A stretch of DNA of 63,804 nt, counting the filler, from Octopus bimaculoides (lineage: Eukaryota), in assembly GCF_001194135.2 (NCBI RefSeq). It is 6 parts of 6 records of this genome, joined end to end, with 100 filler letters (N's around TTAATTAATTAA, not from the genome) between each part and the next. Parts side by side here need not be neighbours in the genome. Positions count along the whole stretch, not along the records: positions 54,180 to 62,181 come from NC_068987.1; positions 62,282 to 63,804 come from NW_026322037.1; 4 more parts are not named here. One strand, given 5' to 3'. Shown here in pieces: positions 54,080-63,804 of the stretch; position 1 is the stretch's first letter, and every line of letters begins with the position of its first letter. The notes under the pieces are model-generated. The model ran no database searches, was not told where the DNA came from, and was given only the letters and a program-made list of their open reading frames with translations. Position numbers and translations under genes: made by a program.

Positions 54080-54179
54080 NNNNNNNNNNNNNNNNNNNNN
54101 NNNNNNNNNNNNNNNNNNNNNNNTTAATTAATTAANNNNNNNNNNNNNNNNNNNNNNNNNNNNNNNNNNNNNNNNNNNN

Positions 54180-54220
<41 letters not shown>

Positions 54221-54379
54221 AAAGAGTGAAGGAAAGAGAAAGTGTTATATATATATATATATTCATACAAGCCAACCAGAACATATGAACACACACATGT
54301 ATATATTTGTTCTCTCAACACACCTAATAAAATATATTACTATATTGATCCGACAGCTAGTAATTTAAGACAAGATGGA

Positions 54380-54610
54380 ATAACCATTTACATACTTTTA
54401 TATATAAAAGAAAATTGCTTTGCATATCTCTAGCATAGTTATTTTGAACACTAAAAGACGAGAATGATGATTACACGATCTCATGCTAGCCTACTTTTCT
54501 TTAAGAAGGTCGAGGTCAAACTTGTGATTTATGTTTAAAGGAAGCTATTGAAATTCAAAAATACTGAACCAGTCTAATTAATCAACTCAAGGCGATTTCA
54601 ACGCACATTT
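54380..54610 (+). mobile_element. Penelope GIY-YIG C-terminal remnant
   Basis: GQTCDLCLKEAIEIQ..SLINQLK.ISTH. Confidence 0.55.
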
Positions 54611-55637
54611 TAAAAAAATTAGCCTTACCTAGTAAATAAGTAGTCATTGACTGTATTAGAAAATATAAAATATATACATGAATTTTGACAGTTACAGTTT
54701 GGCTGATGGAGTGGTGTATCTGAGCGCTTAAGTTTGTGGTTGTAGCTACTGAACTGCGATGTTATGTTGTCTAGACAGGAATATCGAACCTTAACATTAA
54801 ATGAATTGAAGAGCTTGTGATGTTTGTGCGGGAATGTGAATATCTTACTAGTGTTGGGAAATTTCTAGTCATTTTCCTCTTCCTATTTCTACTCTGCTGT
54901 GTAGTGGGTAGGATCTTATCCACATAAAAAATGCTTTCATCGATGCCGTTTCTAGCTGACATATATTTATAATAGGGTTTGCTATAGTAAAGTCATCTCT
55001 GTCCCAGCATAGAGCACAAAGTCTCCTATCTATTCCTGTTACAATGCCACAAGGTTCCTGAATATAATCGGTAGATGTTTGGTACTTTTTATGGATGTAA
55101 ATGGTGTTACCATTCAAATTTCTGCGAGAATGGTGTTTGTCTCTCTGTAAGTCTAAGAAGATGACTATCATTACATTATTGATAATGATTATTTTTAGGC
55201 CCAAATTCTTGTAGATTTTTTCATTAAATTCTTCCTGAATCTATCATTAGTGTAACCATTCATATTGTGTGTAATTGCTAAGCAATATTATCTGTGTAAT
55301 TTATCTACAGAGATAAATTGTACTAGTTTATATGTATTGGCAAACAATCAGTGAATTCTCTCCATCGGTAATCACAGTTTTACAATGGCATATATTCGAA
55401 GTTTGTGCTTGTGATCAAACAATATTGTAGTATGAAAGGTGTTGTATATGCTTGTATTTTTTTATGTGCGCTGTCACTGATTAATGCTATTAAAAAGCTT
55501 GGGAACTTGAGTGTGGATGTTAATCAATCCCAAACGATCAACTACTTCAGCTCTATCATAACATTCCATGGAGCTTTTCTTTTTAACCAAATGGAAAAGT
55601 AACGTTCATTATGATCTCGGTACTGTGAGATCATAAT

Positions 55638-56102
55638 GAGTGGCTGTGTGGTAAGTAGCTTGCTTACAAGCCACATGGTTCCGGGTTCAGTCCCACTGCG
55701 TGGCACCTTGGGCAAGTGTCTTCTACTATAGTCTCAGGCCGACGAAAGCCTTGTGAGTAGATTTGGTGGATGGAAACTGGAAGAAGCCCATCGTATATAN
55801 NNNNNNNNNNNNNNNNNNNNNNNNNNNNNNNNNNNNNNNNNNNNNNNNNNNNNNNNNNNNNNNNNNNNNNNNNNNTATATATATATATATATGCGTATGT
55901 ATATGTTTGTGTGTCTGTGTTTGTCCTCAACATCGCTTGACAACCGATGCTAGTATTTTTCGTCCCCGTAACTTAGCGGTTTGGCAAAAGAACCGATAGA
56001 ATAAGTACTAAGCTTACATCCTGGGGTCTATTTGCTCGACTAAAGGTGGTGCTCCATCATGGCCACAGTAAAATGACTAAAACAAGTAAAAGAGTAAAAA
56101 AG
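55638..56102 (+). mobile_element. SINE family A with an internal gap
   Basis: Head, core and tail match the other copies. Confidence 0.9.
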
Positions 56103-56120
56103 TATGTATTATATATTTAC

Positions 56121-56316
56121 GTGTCTGTAACTTGGACATTCTGTGCGTCAACATCGGATGAAAGATAAACAATTGGAATTGCATTGGCGTCTCTAGTTAT
56201 AATTAAAGAAGAATTGTCAATCACGGCCAGGAAATTCTTCACGTTCAGTGTTACAGTGTATTCAGTTCCGATCTGTAAATCACTGGAGTTGAGCATTATT
56301 GAGTCCTTTGTGTTAT
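56121..56316 (-). CDS. PKD1/REJ-like protein exon (DNTKDSIMLNSSDLQIGTEYTVTLNVKNFLAV...AIPIVYLSS)
   Basis: Acceptor cttttgcag|, donor |GTAAAT, phase 1 to 2, in frame with the 59090 exon; carries the REJ-type L-x-x-G-x-x-Y-x-x-x-L-x-V-x-N-F-L motif. Confidence 0.85.
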
Positions 56317-56750
56317 CTGCAAAAGTTCAAACATGTATCACCTTACAATAACCTCCACGAATAAAAGCTTCTTAATAACACATCATTTTAAAAGTCACTA
56401 AATTAAGTCAAATATCTTGGGTAAACACATCTCATGACTCCACCTCATCTGGTTTTGCATTGTTTATCTAATGGCGAAAATTCTCAGAGCTGTCACATTA
56501 AAATAAAAATTTGAGCAAGTTTTAGTAAGTGACTTAACTTGAGATCGTGTTGAACCTGAAGCACTTACGGCATTGAACAGTCAAAAGAGTTCCTTCAAAT
56601 ACATATTCACCGTTATATTGTCTCAATGTGTCACAACGTTGACCACGCGGTTCCACTCCCGGATCGCAGCTGTTTCACTTCCCAAGCATGTTCACTTGAA
56701 ATTTGATAATGATGCTAAATACACAGCATCTTCCTATTTATTGGTTTCAA

Positions 56751-56954
56751 ATATTGGCACAGGGTCAATAATTTGGGGATAGAGGTTTAGTCGATTACAT
56801 CGTTCCACTGCTCAACTGGTACTTACTTTATCGACCCCAAAAGAGATGACAGGCAAAGTCAACTTCGGCGGAATTTGAACTCAGAACGTAAAGACGGACG
56901 AAATACTGGTAAACATTTTTTTCCCGGCGTGCTAACGATTCTGCCAGCTCGCCG
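56751..56954 (-). mobile_element. SINE family B
   Basis: Full head-to-tail match on the minus strand. Confidence 0.9.
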
Positions 56955-57329
56955 TTTTGATCTTATCTATCGACGTTGTTTATGCCGGGCTCTGTATTCT
57001 GTTGTATTTAAGAGAGATGCTGCTGGCCTGGTTAATAGTTTCTAGAACCTAGATTGAAAAAGACACAGTTCGTATCACATCACCTTCGTTGCGCTAATGC
57101 TATGTCCCCCGCTAAAAGTAACCTCTTAAATGATTAAAAAACAGCCATTATCTCATGTCATGGTGCAGCTCACACTGTACACGGTGGGGACTTACATAAT
57201 ATAATAGATGAGTAATCAGTCTTACTATTGATATAGGTTGTGGAGGAGCATGGACTCCGTAAAAAAAGCCTCACTTTAGGTATTTAACATGAAGATATAT
57301 AATTAATAACCGTTTCATTATGGAATACT

Positions 57330-58180
57330 AGGAGTGGCTGTGTGGAAAGTAGCTTGCTTACCAACCACATGGTTCCGGGTTCAGTCTCACTGCGTGACAC
57401 CTTGGGCAAGTGTCTTCTACTATAGCCTCGGGCCAACCAAAGCCTTGTGAGTGGATTTGGTAGACGGAAACTGAAAGAAGCCTGTCGTATATATGTGTAT
57501 ATATATATGTATGTGTGTTTGTGTGTCTGTGTTTGTCCCCCCACCATCGCTTGACAACCGATGCTGGTGTGTTTACGTCCCCGTAACTTAGCGGTTCGGC
57601 AAAAAGATACCGATAGAATAAGTACTAGGCTTACAAAGAATAAGTCCTGGGGTCGATTTGCTCGACTAAAGGTGGTGCTCCAGCATGGCCGCAGTCAAAT
57701 GACTGAAACAATTAAAAGAGTAAAAGAGAGTATCGGTGAGCTGGTAAAATCATTAACGAGTATGACAAAATGGTAAACGGCATTTTTTCCGCTTCTTTAT
57801 CTGCTGGGTTCAGATTCCACCGAGATCGTCTTTGCTTTACATCCTTTCAGGGACGATAAAATGAATACCAGTTGACCTCTGAGGTCGATGCAGACAACTT
57901 ACCCACTCCATTAAAATTCTGGTTTGGTACCAATTTTTTTTATATCACTATTACTACCTCCGTTTGAGGCGGCGAGCTGGCAGAGTCGTTAGGACGCCGG
58001 TCAAAACGCTTCGTGGTATTTCGTCCGTCATTACTTTCTGAGTTCAAATTCCACTGAGATCGATTTTGCCTTTCATCCTTTAAGGTTTGATAAAACAAGT
58101 ACCAGTCAAATACTGGGGTTGATGAAATCCACTAACCCCTTCCCCTAAGATTTCAGGCCTTGTGCCTATAACAGAAAGGG
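57330..58180 (+). mobile_element. Cluster of three SINEs: intact family A (57330-57730) and two family B (57736-57935, 57965-58180)
   Basis: Recognisable heads and B-boxes, all on the plus strand. Confidence 0.9.
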
Positions 58181-59089
58181 TTATTACTATCCCTCGTTCT
58201 ATATTTATCCTTTACTTCAAGTATGATGTCAATAATTGCTTCGGGGCAACAACCCCGATGGCGATGGCACCACCACTAGTAAAAGTGGTGGTGGTGGTGG
58301 TGGCACTGGCCTTCGTTGCGATAAGGAATTATAAAGCGACCTTTCTATATGTTCACCTTATGTATGTCACACGTGCAGGCTGAAATTACATGGCCGTTGT
58401 ACACTATATATACGCCATGTACACTGCATAGTTAGCATTCATGTTTCTAGATAAATGGATGTATATACATGTACAATAGTGAAAGTTGCATACATAGGAT
58501 TTCCTATGTAAACAACTTCTATATTTCTTTTACAGAAATCTACACGTTAACAAAATATGCACCATTACATGTATAGACATATGTACTGTATGCATATGCT
58601 TGGACGTAACTGTAAAGTGTCGTAGTATCATTAAAAGGCAAAAAAGTATGAAAGATTAAAATTAGATAGATAGATAGAAAGACAGATAGATACAGATAAT
58701 GTGTTTGTGTGTGAGTGTGTATACACAGAGAGGGGGAGGAAGGGCAGGAGAGAGGAAGGGAGAAAGAGAGGGGGAGAGAGAGAAGGTGAGGGAGAGAGAG
58801 AGAGGAGGAGGGAGAGTGGCGGAGAGATTGCTATATACTTCATAAGTTTTATTATCGCAAAAATTATGAACAGGAAAGTGAAAGGGTAAGAGCTGAGAAA
58901 TAATGTCCTTGTAAGTCATGTAAGGAAGAAAATACAACGAATCGTATAAAACGAATCGTATAAAATAATACAAGAAGGAGGCTGACGTGAGAATGTATAA
59001 GATTTAGGTTTTTATATTTTAGAAGACATAGAATAACAGAGGTGAAAAGGAAAGGATAGGAACAGACGTCAACTATTTGATAGACTCAC

Positions 59090-59329
59090 CTACTATTGTT
59101 ATGTTAGGAATGGTCCATTCGTATGTTAACTGCCTACCGCCGCTTCCTCGACTCTTCGTACCCGTATACTGCACGAAACCGCAGTTGGGTATTTCTGAGG
59201 GACCTTCGATTACCGATTCCACAGAGACTGGTTGATCAGGTCTGCCTACTACTATAGTACTTTCAATAGCAATGGCATAACTCTGGCCTTTGGCTTTCAC
59301 TGCATTGTTTGCAAAAGTCAAATAAGAAC
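59090..59329 (-). CDS. PKD1/REJ-like protein exon (SYLTFANNAV...VIEGPSEIPNCGFVQYTGTKSRGSGGRQLTYEW)
   Basis: Acceptor ttctttttttcag|, donor G|GTGAGT, 240 nt, phase 1-1; carries the I-x-GP-x-x-I-x-x-C...S...GG-x-x-L-x-Y-x-W motif typical of REJ-region starts. Confidence 0.9.
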
Positions 59330-59629
59330 CTGAAAAAAGAATATTACTGAAGATTTCAAAACAGAAAGTTACAATACTTGTGCCTCTACCAAAAGCATTG
59401 GCTTCACCAGTAACTATTTGTTTTGTATTTTCCATATCAGCATAACACTGCGAAAGAATATTTTGTGAATATGTTAGTTTAGGGGTCATTGACACTACCT
59501 TCGGTCTCTCTCACTATTCTGACATTTAAAAAAAATAGTTTTACTTCATTGTTTTTGTTTTAACAGATTATATCAGACTCTGTCATCGCTTCGACGAATG
59601 AGGATTCAGTGGGACACAGCTGCACAGTG

Positions 59630-59945
59630 TTCCCAGTTTAATGTTTTGCCGTGTCGTTTCATGTGAGAATACAGACCTGTTCACGATCTGCAGTCCCTGC
59701 TACAGATGTGGCAGTGGTGGTCACCATCATCTAGGAAGGTTAGATTGGACACAATTCTACCCTGGTCTCTTTTCCTCTTAAGGGTGTTGATACTGGCTAC
59801 CTCAAAGTCGGTGATGGTATGGTAGCAAGAGCTTCTCCATTGGACTCTATTCAGTGCTTTCGATTTCCATGTCTTCAGGTTTCAAGTAGGTCTTTAAAGT
59901 GTTCTCATAGCGGAACAATGGGCGTCCTTGGTGCCTGGTACCAGA
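59630..59945 (-). mobile_element. RTE-clade LINE 3' end with a C2H2-like finger
   Basis: GRPLFRYENTLK...WRS...KRKR...CHICSRDCRS.TGLYSHMKRH. Confidence 0.8.
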
Positions 59946-60433
59946 GCAAAGTTGATCACAGGTGTGGGCTTTGGACATTAAGCTATTGTTAAATGGGAAT
60001 TAATTGTTGTTATTGTTAGAGATGTGGTACGAACAAAGTCAAGGTGTCAACTATCAGCGATGTAATAGTAACAAAGGATAAAAAGTTATTTATAACGAAC
60101 ACAGTGGAGGAAAAGTAAATTTCCTGTGACCCTAACCAGAAAACCGGGTTCAATTCATGCTCGAATCTGCTTCTCGTTAGTTGAGCCCGGATTGCTAAAA
60201 ACTAAAACAATCATTTTTTTGTTAGTGATATTCATGTTCAAAGTAACCGGAATCGGTTCCCGTTTCTTATTGGTTCGCACGCCATGGATGTAAAAGTGTT
60301 CATCTTGTCAACACTGGAAGTGAAAGTATTTTCCTTCGTTGAAAAATTGAAAAAATTTTCTTTCTTTCCAGAAAATGAAACTAGGAAAGAACGAGTAAGT
60401 ATTGACGATTAGAGGCCTGCAAAATATTGGTTG

Positions 60434-60700
60434 TAGAGTACCAACTGTCGAGTACTGACTGTCGAGTACTGACTGTCAAGTACTGACTGTCGAGTACTGA
60501 TTGTACGGTGCTGGTTGTAGGGTACCGACTGTAGAGTACCGATCGTAGAGCACGCGCTGCAGAGTACAGATTGTAGAGTACCGTCTATAGAGTGCTGATT
60601 GAACTGTAGAATACCGATTGTAGGCTACTGTCTGTAGACTACTGGTTAAAGAGTACCGGCTATAGAGTAAAATCTAGAGTACCGGTTGCAGAGTACTGAT
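60434..60700. repeat. 14-bp minisatellite, about 19 diverged copies (TGTMGAGTACYGAY)
   Basis: Near-exact GTCGAGTACTGACT copies at the left end, decaying rightward. Confidence 0.9.
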
Positions 60701-61153
60701 TAGTTACTATAAAGGATCCAATATGACAAAAGAATGTTGTACCGAAGTGGGATTATGCAAAAGGAAGAAATAAAGGCAATATTCGACTTTTATACACAAT
60801 TAAACTGATATTTAATTAAATTGATGCGGTTTTGTGCCTTTCCAACGATGAATTTAAATAATTATTAAAAGCTATTAGATTCATTTATCCCTTTTATTAA
60901 AAGAAACAAAACATTCACTTCTTGCCCAATAAAATGCTTTCATTGTTTTCATTAAGGAAAACACTTTCGCTTTTCGCCCCGAAAAACACTTTCTCCTGCT
61001 CCTGTTGCTATTACTTTTTTCTTTTGTTTGTATTGCAAAATATTTTTACTTTTCTATTTCAATGAAGCATAACATACGAACACATGCCGTGACAAGCAGA
61101 AAAATATCAGTAATTATTTGATATATAGAAGCATTGGTCTTTCGAAATCTTAC

Positions 61154-61324
61154 CTAGAATTACGAGATCATTTCCTTTGCCTACCGTTATGATCAATGTC
61201 GAATCAGAATACCAGTTACAAGCAGCTTCGTTACCAAGTTGAGTTGTGCTTGTAAAAATTTTATCACATGTCAGGATTGCAGCAGTTTCAATCGGTCGGT
61301 CGAACTTTACCTCAACAACAGCTC
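61154..61324 (-). CDS. PKD1/REJ-like protein exon (AVVEVKFDRPIET...CDKIFTSTTQLGNEAACNWYSDSTLIITVG)
   Basis: Acceptor tttcttgtttgttag|, donor G|GTAAGA, 171 nt, phase 1-1, in frame with the 59329 exon. Confidence 0.88.
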
Positions 61325-61399
61325 CTAACAAACAAGAAATCAATTATATTGGGATAAACTTTTACATTTAAATAGAAAACAAAAACAATTTGATGTCCA

Positions 61400-61600
61400 T
61401 TCTTATTTCTCTAACACTTCTATTTCGTCTCCCCGTATTCGGGGCCACAAAACTAAGCATCAACTCCGCCTATCGTCCCTCTTTATTTTCTGATTTACAG
61501 ATCGGACACAAGCTTCCATATGCCTTTAACTGGCCATAGGAGCACACACCAGGCCATGCATCGACAAGGATTTCTTCTAACTGTTCCTGTGATGGTATAT
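61400..61600 (-). mobile_element. Probable LINE 3' remnant
   Basis: Short frame IPSQEQLEEILVDAWPGVCSYGQLKAYGSLCPICK* with no splice signals; the family is not firmly recognised. Confidence 0.3.
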
Positions 61601-62281
61601 GGGACCGTACGAGTTCAAATCCTGGTACAGACATAAGCAACTATTGCCCTTTAATATCTTGTGCTTGTGTTAAAAGCCATCACTATTGCTATAATGTGTG
61701 TTGTTGCATACACACAGTTGTACCTATTCTACAAAGAATTATTCTTGTTGTTGATATTGTTGCAGTGATCAGATAGTGCGAATTGTGGCTAGTCTACATG
61801 GCGGGATAAGCTTTTGACTTACTATATGCGAAGATACAACTGTCATATCTTGAAAGTTCTTTTTATTGAACGTAAATATCTTGCATATTATAAGCCTGAA
61901 GAATTTCTCAGTGATTCAAAATGGTAAATATTGGAGAACTGGTAGCATATTTAATATCTTTTTTTTTCGAAAATTCTATATTAAATGCATTGTTGATTCT
62001 TTATTTTTTACTTTTACTTATTTCAATTATTGAACTGCGGCCAAGATGGGGCATCGCATTGAAGGGCTCAATCGAAGAAATCGGTGGTACTTAGTCTATG
62101 GGTATCTTTAAACGAACCAAAGCCGGCTGTCCAGCGGTGAGGGAGCACACATATACATAGACGCATACGATGGGCTTCCACNNNNNNNNNNNNNNNNNNN
62201 NNNNNNNNNNNNNNNNNNNNNNNNNTTAATTAATTAANNNNNNNNNNNNNNNNNNNNNNNNNNNNNNNNNNNNNNNNNNNN

Positions 62282-62455
62282 TGGATAGGTAGGTAGGTAG
62301 GTAGATTAATTGATAGATAGATAGATGGATAGGTAGGTAGGTAGGTAGATTAATTGATAGATAGATAGATGGATAGGTAGGTAGGTAGGTAGATTAATTG
62401 ATAGATAGATAGATGGATAGGTAGGTAGGTAGGTAGATTAATTGATAGATAGATA
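62282..62455. repeat. 44-bp higher-order repeat, 4 copies, built from AGGT/AGAT tetranucleotides
   Basis: TGGAT(AGGT)4AGATTAATTG(ATAG)n repeated almost exactly. Confidence 0.9.
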
Positions 62456-62986
62456 GGTAGGTACGTAGATCGATAAGTAGTTAGTTAGATAGATTGATTA
62501 ATAGAAAATTAGAGATAGGTAGGTAGATATAAGCACACACACAATACAACTAAAATTTTCCTCATGTACCATACAGCGGATATGTTATCATTAAATATTA
62601 AAAAATTCATATGTAACTCACGAGGACATGGTTTCGATCCCAGCTCTCTCTCTCTTCTTTTCTCCCCGTTCGTTTTTAACTCATCACTGTATCTCTGTCC
62701 CCTTTTTTTTGTTTTTCGCCCCTTCTCTTAACAGCTTGTTGTGTTTTCTCCTTCTTGGGCAGTGGAGGTGGGAATTAGCTGTTATTTCTAGCTGGCCATG
62801 TGACTCTGTCGACTCTTCTTCCCTGGTTTATGTTTGTCTGTCTGTGTCATTCTGAGCATTCTCTTTTGAGGTACAGCATGTGTGTATGCGTGTGTGTTTG
62901 TGTGAGTGTGCACATGTGTATGCTAGTGTGTGTGTTTATGTGATTGTGCTTGCTTGTGTGTGTGGCATGTGTCAGTGTGTGTGTCT

Positions 62987-63018
<32 letters not shown>

Positions 63019-63130
63019 ATGCATGCTTGTATGTGTCTGTGTATGTCTGTGGAGATAATTCTAATGTAATGGAGAACTATGAGAAAGGTCAATCAATTTA
63101 AATTTGTGTGTGTATACATACATACATACA

Positions 63131-63166
<36 letters not shown>

Positions 63167-63509
63167 TATATATGTGTGTACATTATGTTTGCGTGTGTCA
63201 GTGTGTCTGTATGTGAGTGTATACATACATACTTATAGATAGATAGATAGATAGATATTGAATATCATCTGGGTAATGACCTCATAACTTACCATTCAAA
63301 GCTCTTCTACAGTAATCAGCTATCAAAGCTATCATACAGCGGGGTTATTCCTGAAGCTGGATATGCACGTGAAATACACAATTCATATAAAAATTATATA
63401 AAATAAGATGGAATGAACGATCTTTAGTCACAAAAACGTGGAAACAACCGTTAGTTACCTCCCTTACCATTTTATTACATAAATCCCTATATAGACAATT
63501 GCATTTCCG

Positions 63510-63752
63510 AGCAGCGCTGAATATCTTCTCTCAAATGCTTCAGAATGTTGCAGTATAACTATCAATTAACTATCTGGTCCTGGAGAAGGAGTTCGTGATG
63601 CGTAATGCCACATTTCCGGGGGTGATGCTCATGGTAGGTCTTCCCGATCGTTCGTCGTCTTCCAGGAATGTTCTTCCACTTTTGAAGTGTCCGTGTCACT
63701 CAAAACAATGCCTGCAACCCGTTTCCTGGTGGCCGTGAGCTTGCCGAAGCTT
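63510..63752 (-). mobile_element. Internally deleted mariner remnant
   Basis: RQAHG...FKSGRTFLEDDERSGRP joined directly to GITHHELL...YCNILKHLREDI. Confidence 0.8.
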
Positions 63753-63760
63753 ACTCAATG

Positions 63761-63804
<44 letters not shown>

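Noticed and set aside
60434-60700. Regularly spaced palindromic repeats as a CRISPR-like array
   Set aside because: The units are contiguous 14-mers without unique spacers, there are no cas genes, and the context is eukaryotic.
7979-62237. TTAATTAATTAA recurring five times (7979, 25816, 50216, 54124, 62226)
   Set aside because: It is always embedded centrally in N runs of similar length and has stops in all six frames, so it is an assembly gap spacer and not biology.

Overview
This is eukaryotic, AT-rich, microsatellite-dense DNA with many N gaps. The SINE families and repeat landscape suggest an octopus (coleoid cephalopod) draft scaffold, which is my inference and not a database result. 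I found no CRISPR arrays, rRNA or intact tRNA genes, and most listed six-frame ORFs are translations of microsatellites or gaps. The best-supported coding content is a minus-strand gene with three phase-compatible GT-AG exons (61154-61324, 59090-59329, 56121-56316) encoding a PKD1/REJ-like extracellular region. At ~4.8-6.6 kb there is a divergent head-to-head pair of gene starts, both beginning with signal-peptide-like sequences. A few orphan exon candidates remain unassigned. The rest is transposon debris: mariner, Penelope-like (RT, GIY-YIG and a truncated hammerhead-like motif), R4/Dong-like RLE LINE, Tx1/L1, RTE, CR1/L2 and several tRNA-derived SINE families. Structural oddities include a perfect 30-bp inverted repeat, an inverted Penelope copy, an 88-bp exact duplication at a LINE 5' junction, and an ORF built from two in-frame tandem units. 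I do not see solid evidence for a wholly new biological system; the findings are ranked leads.
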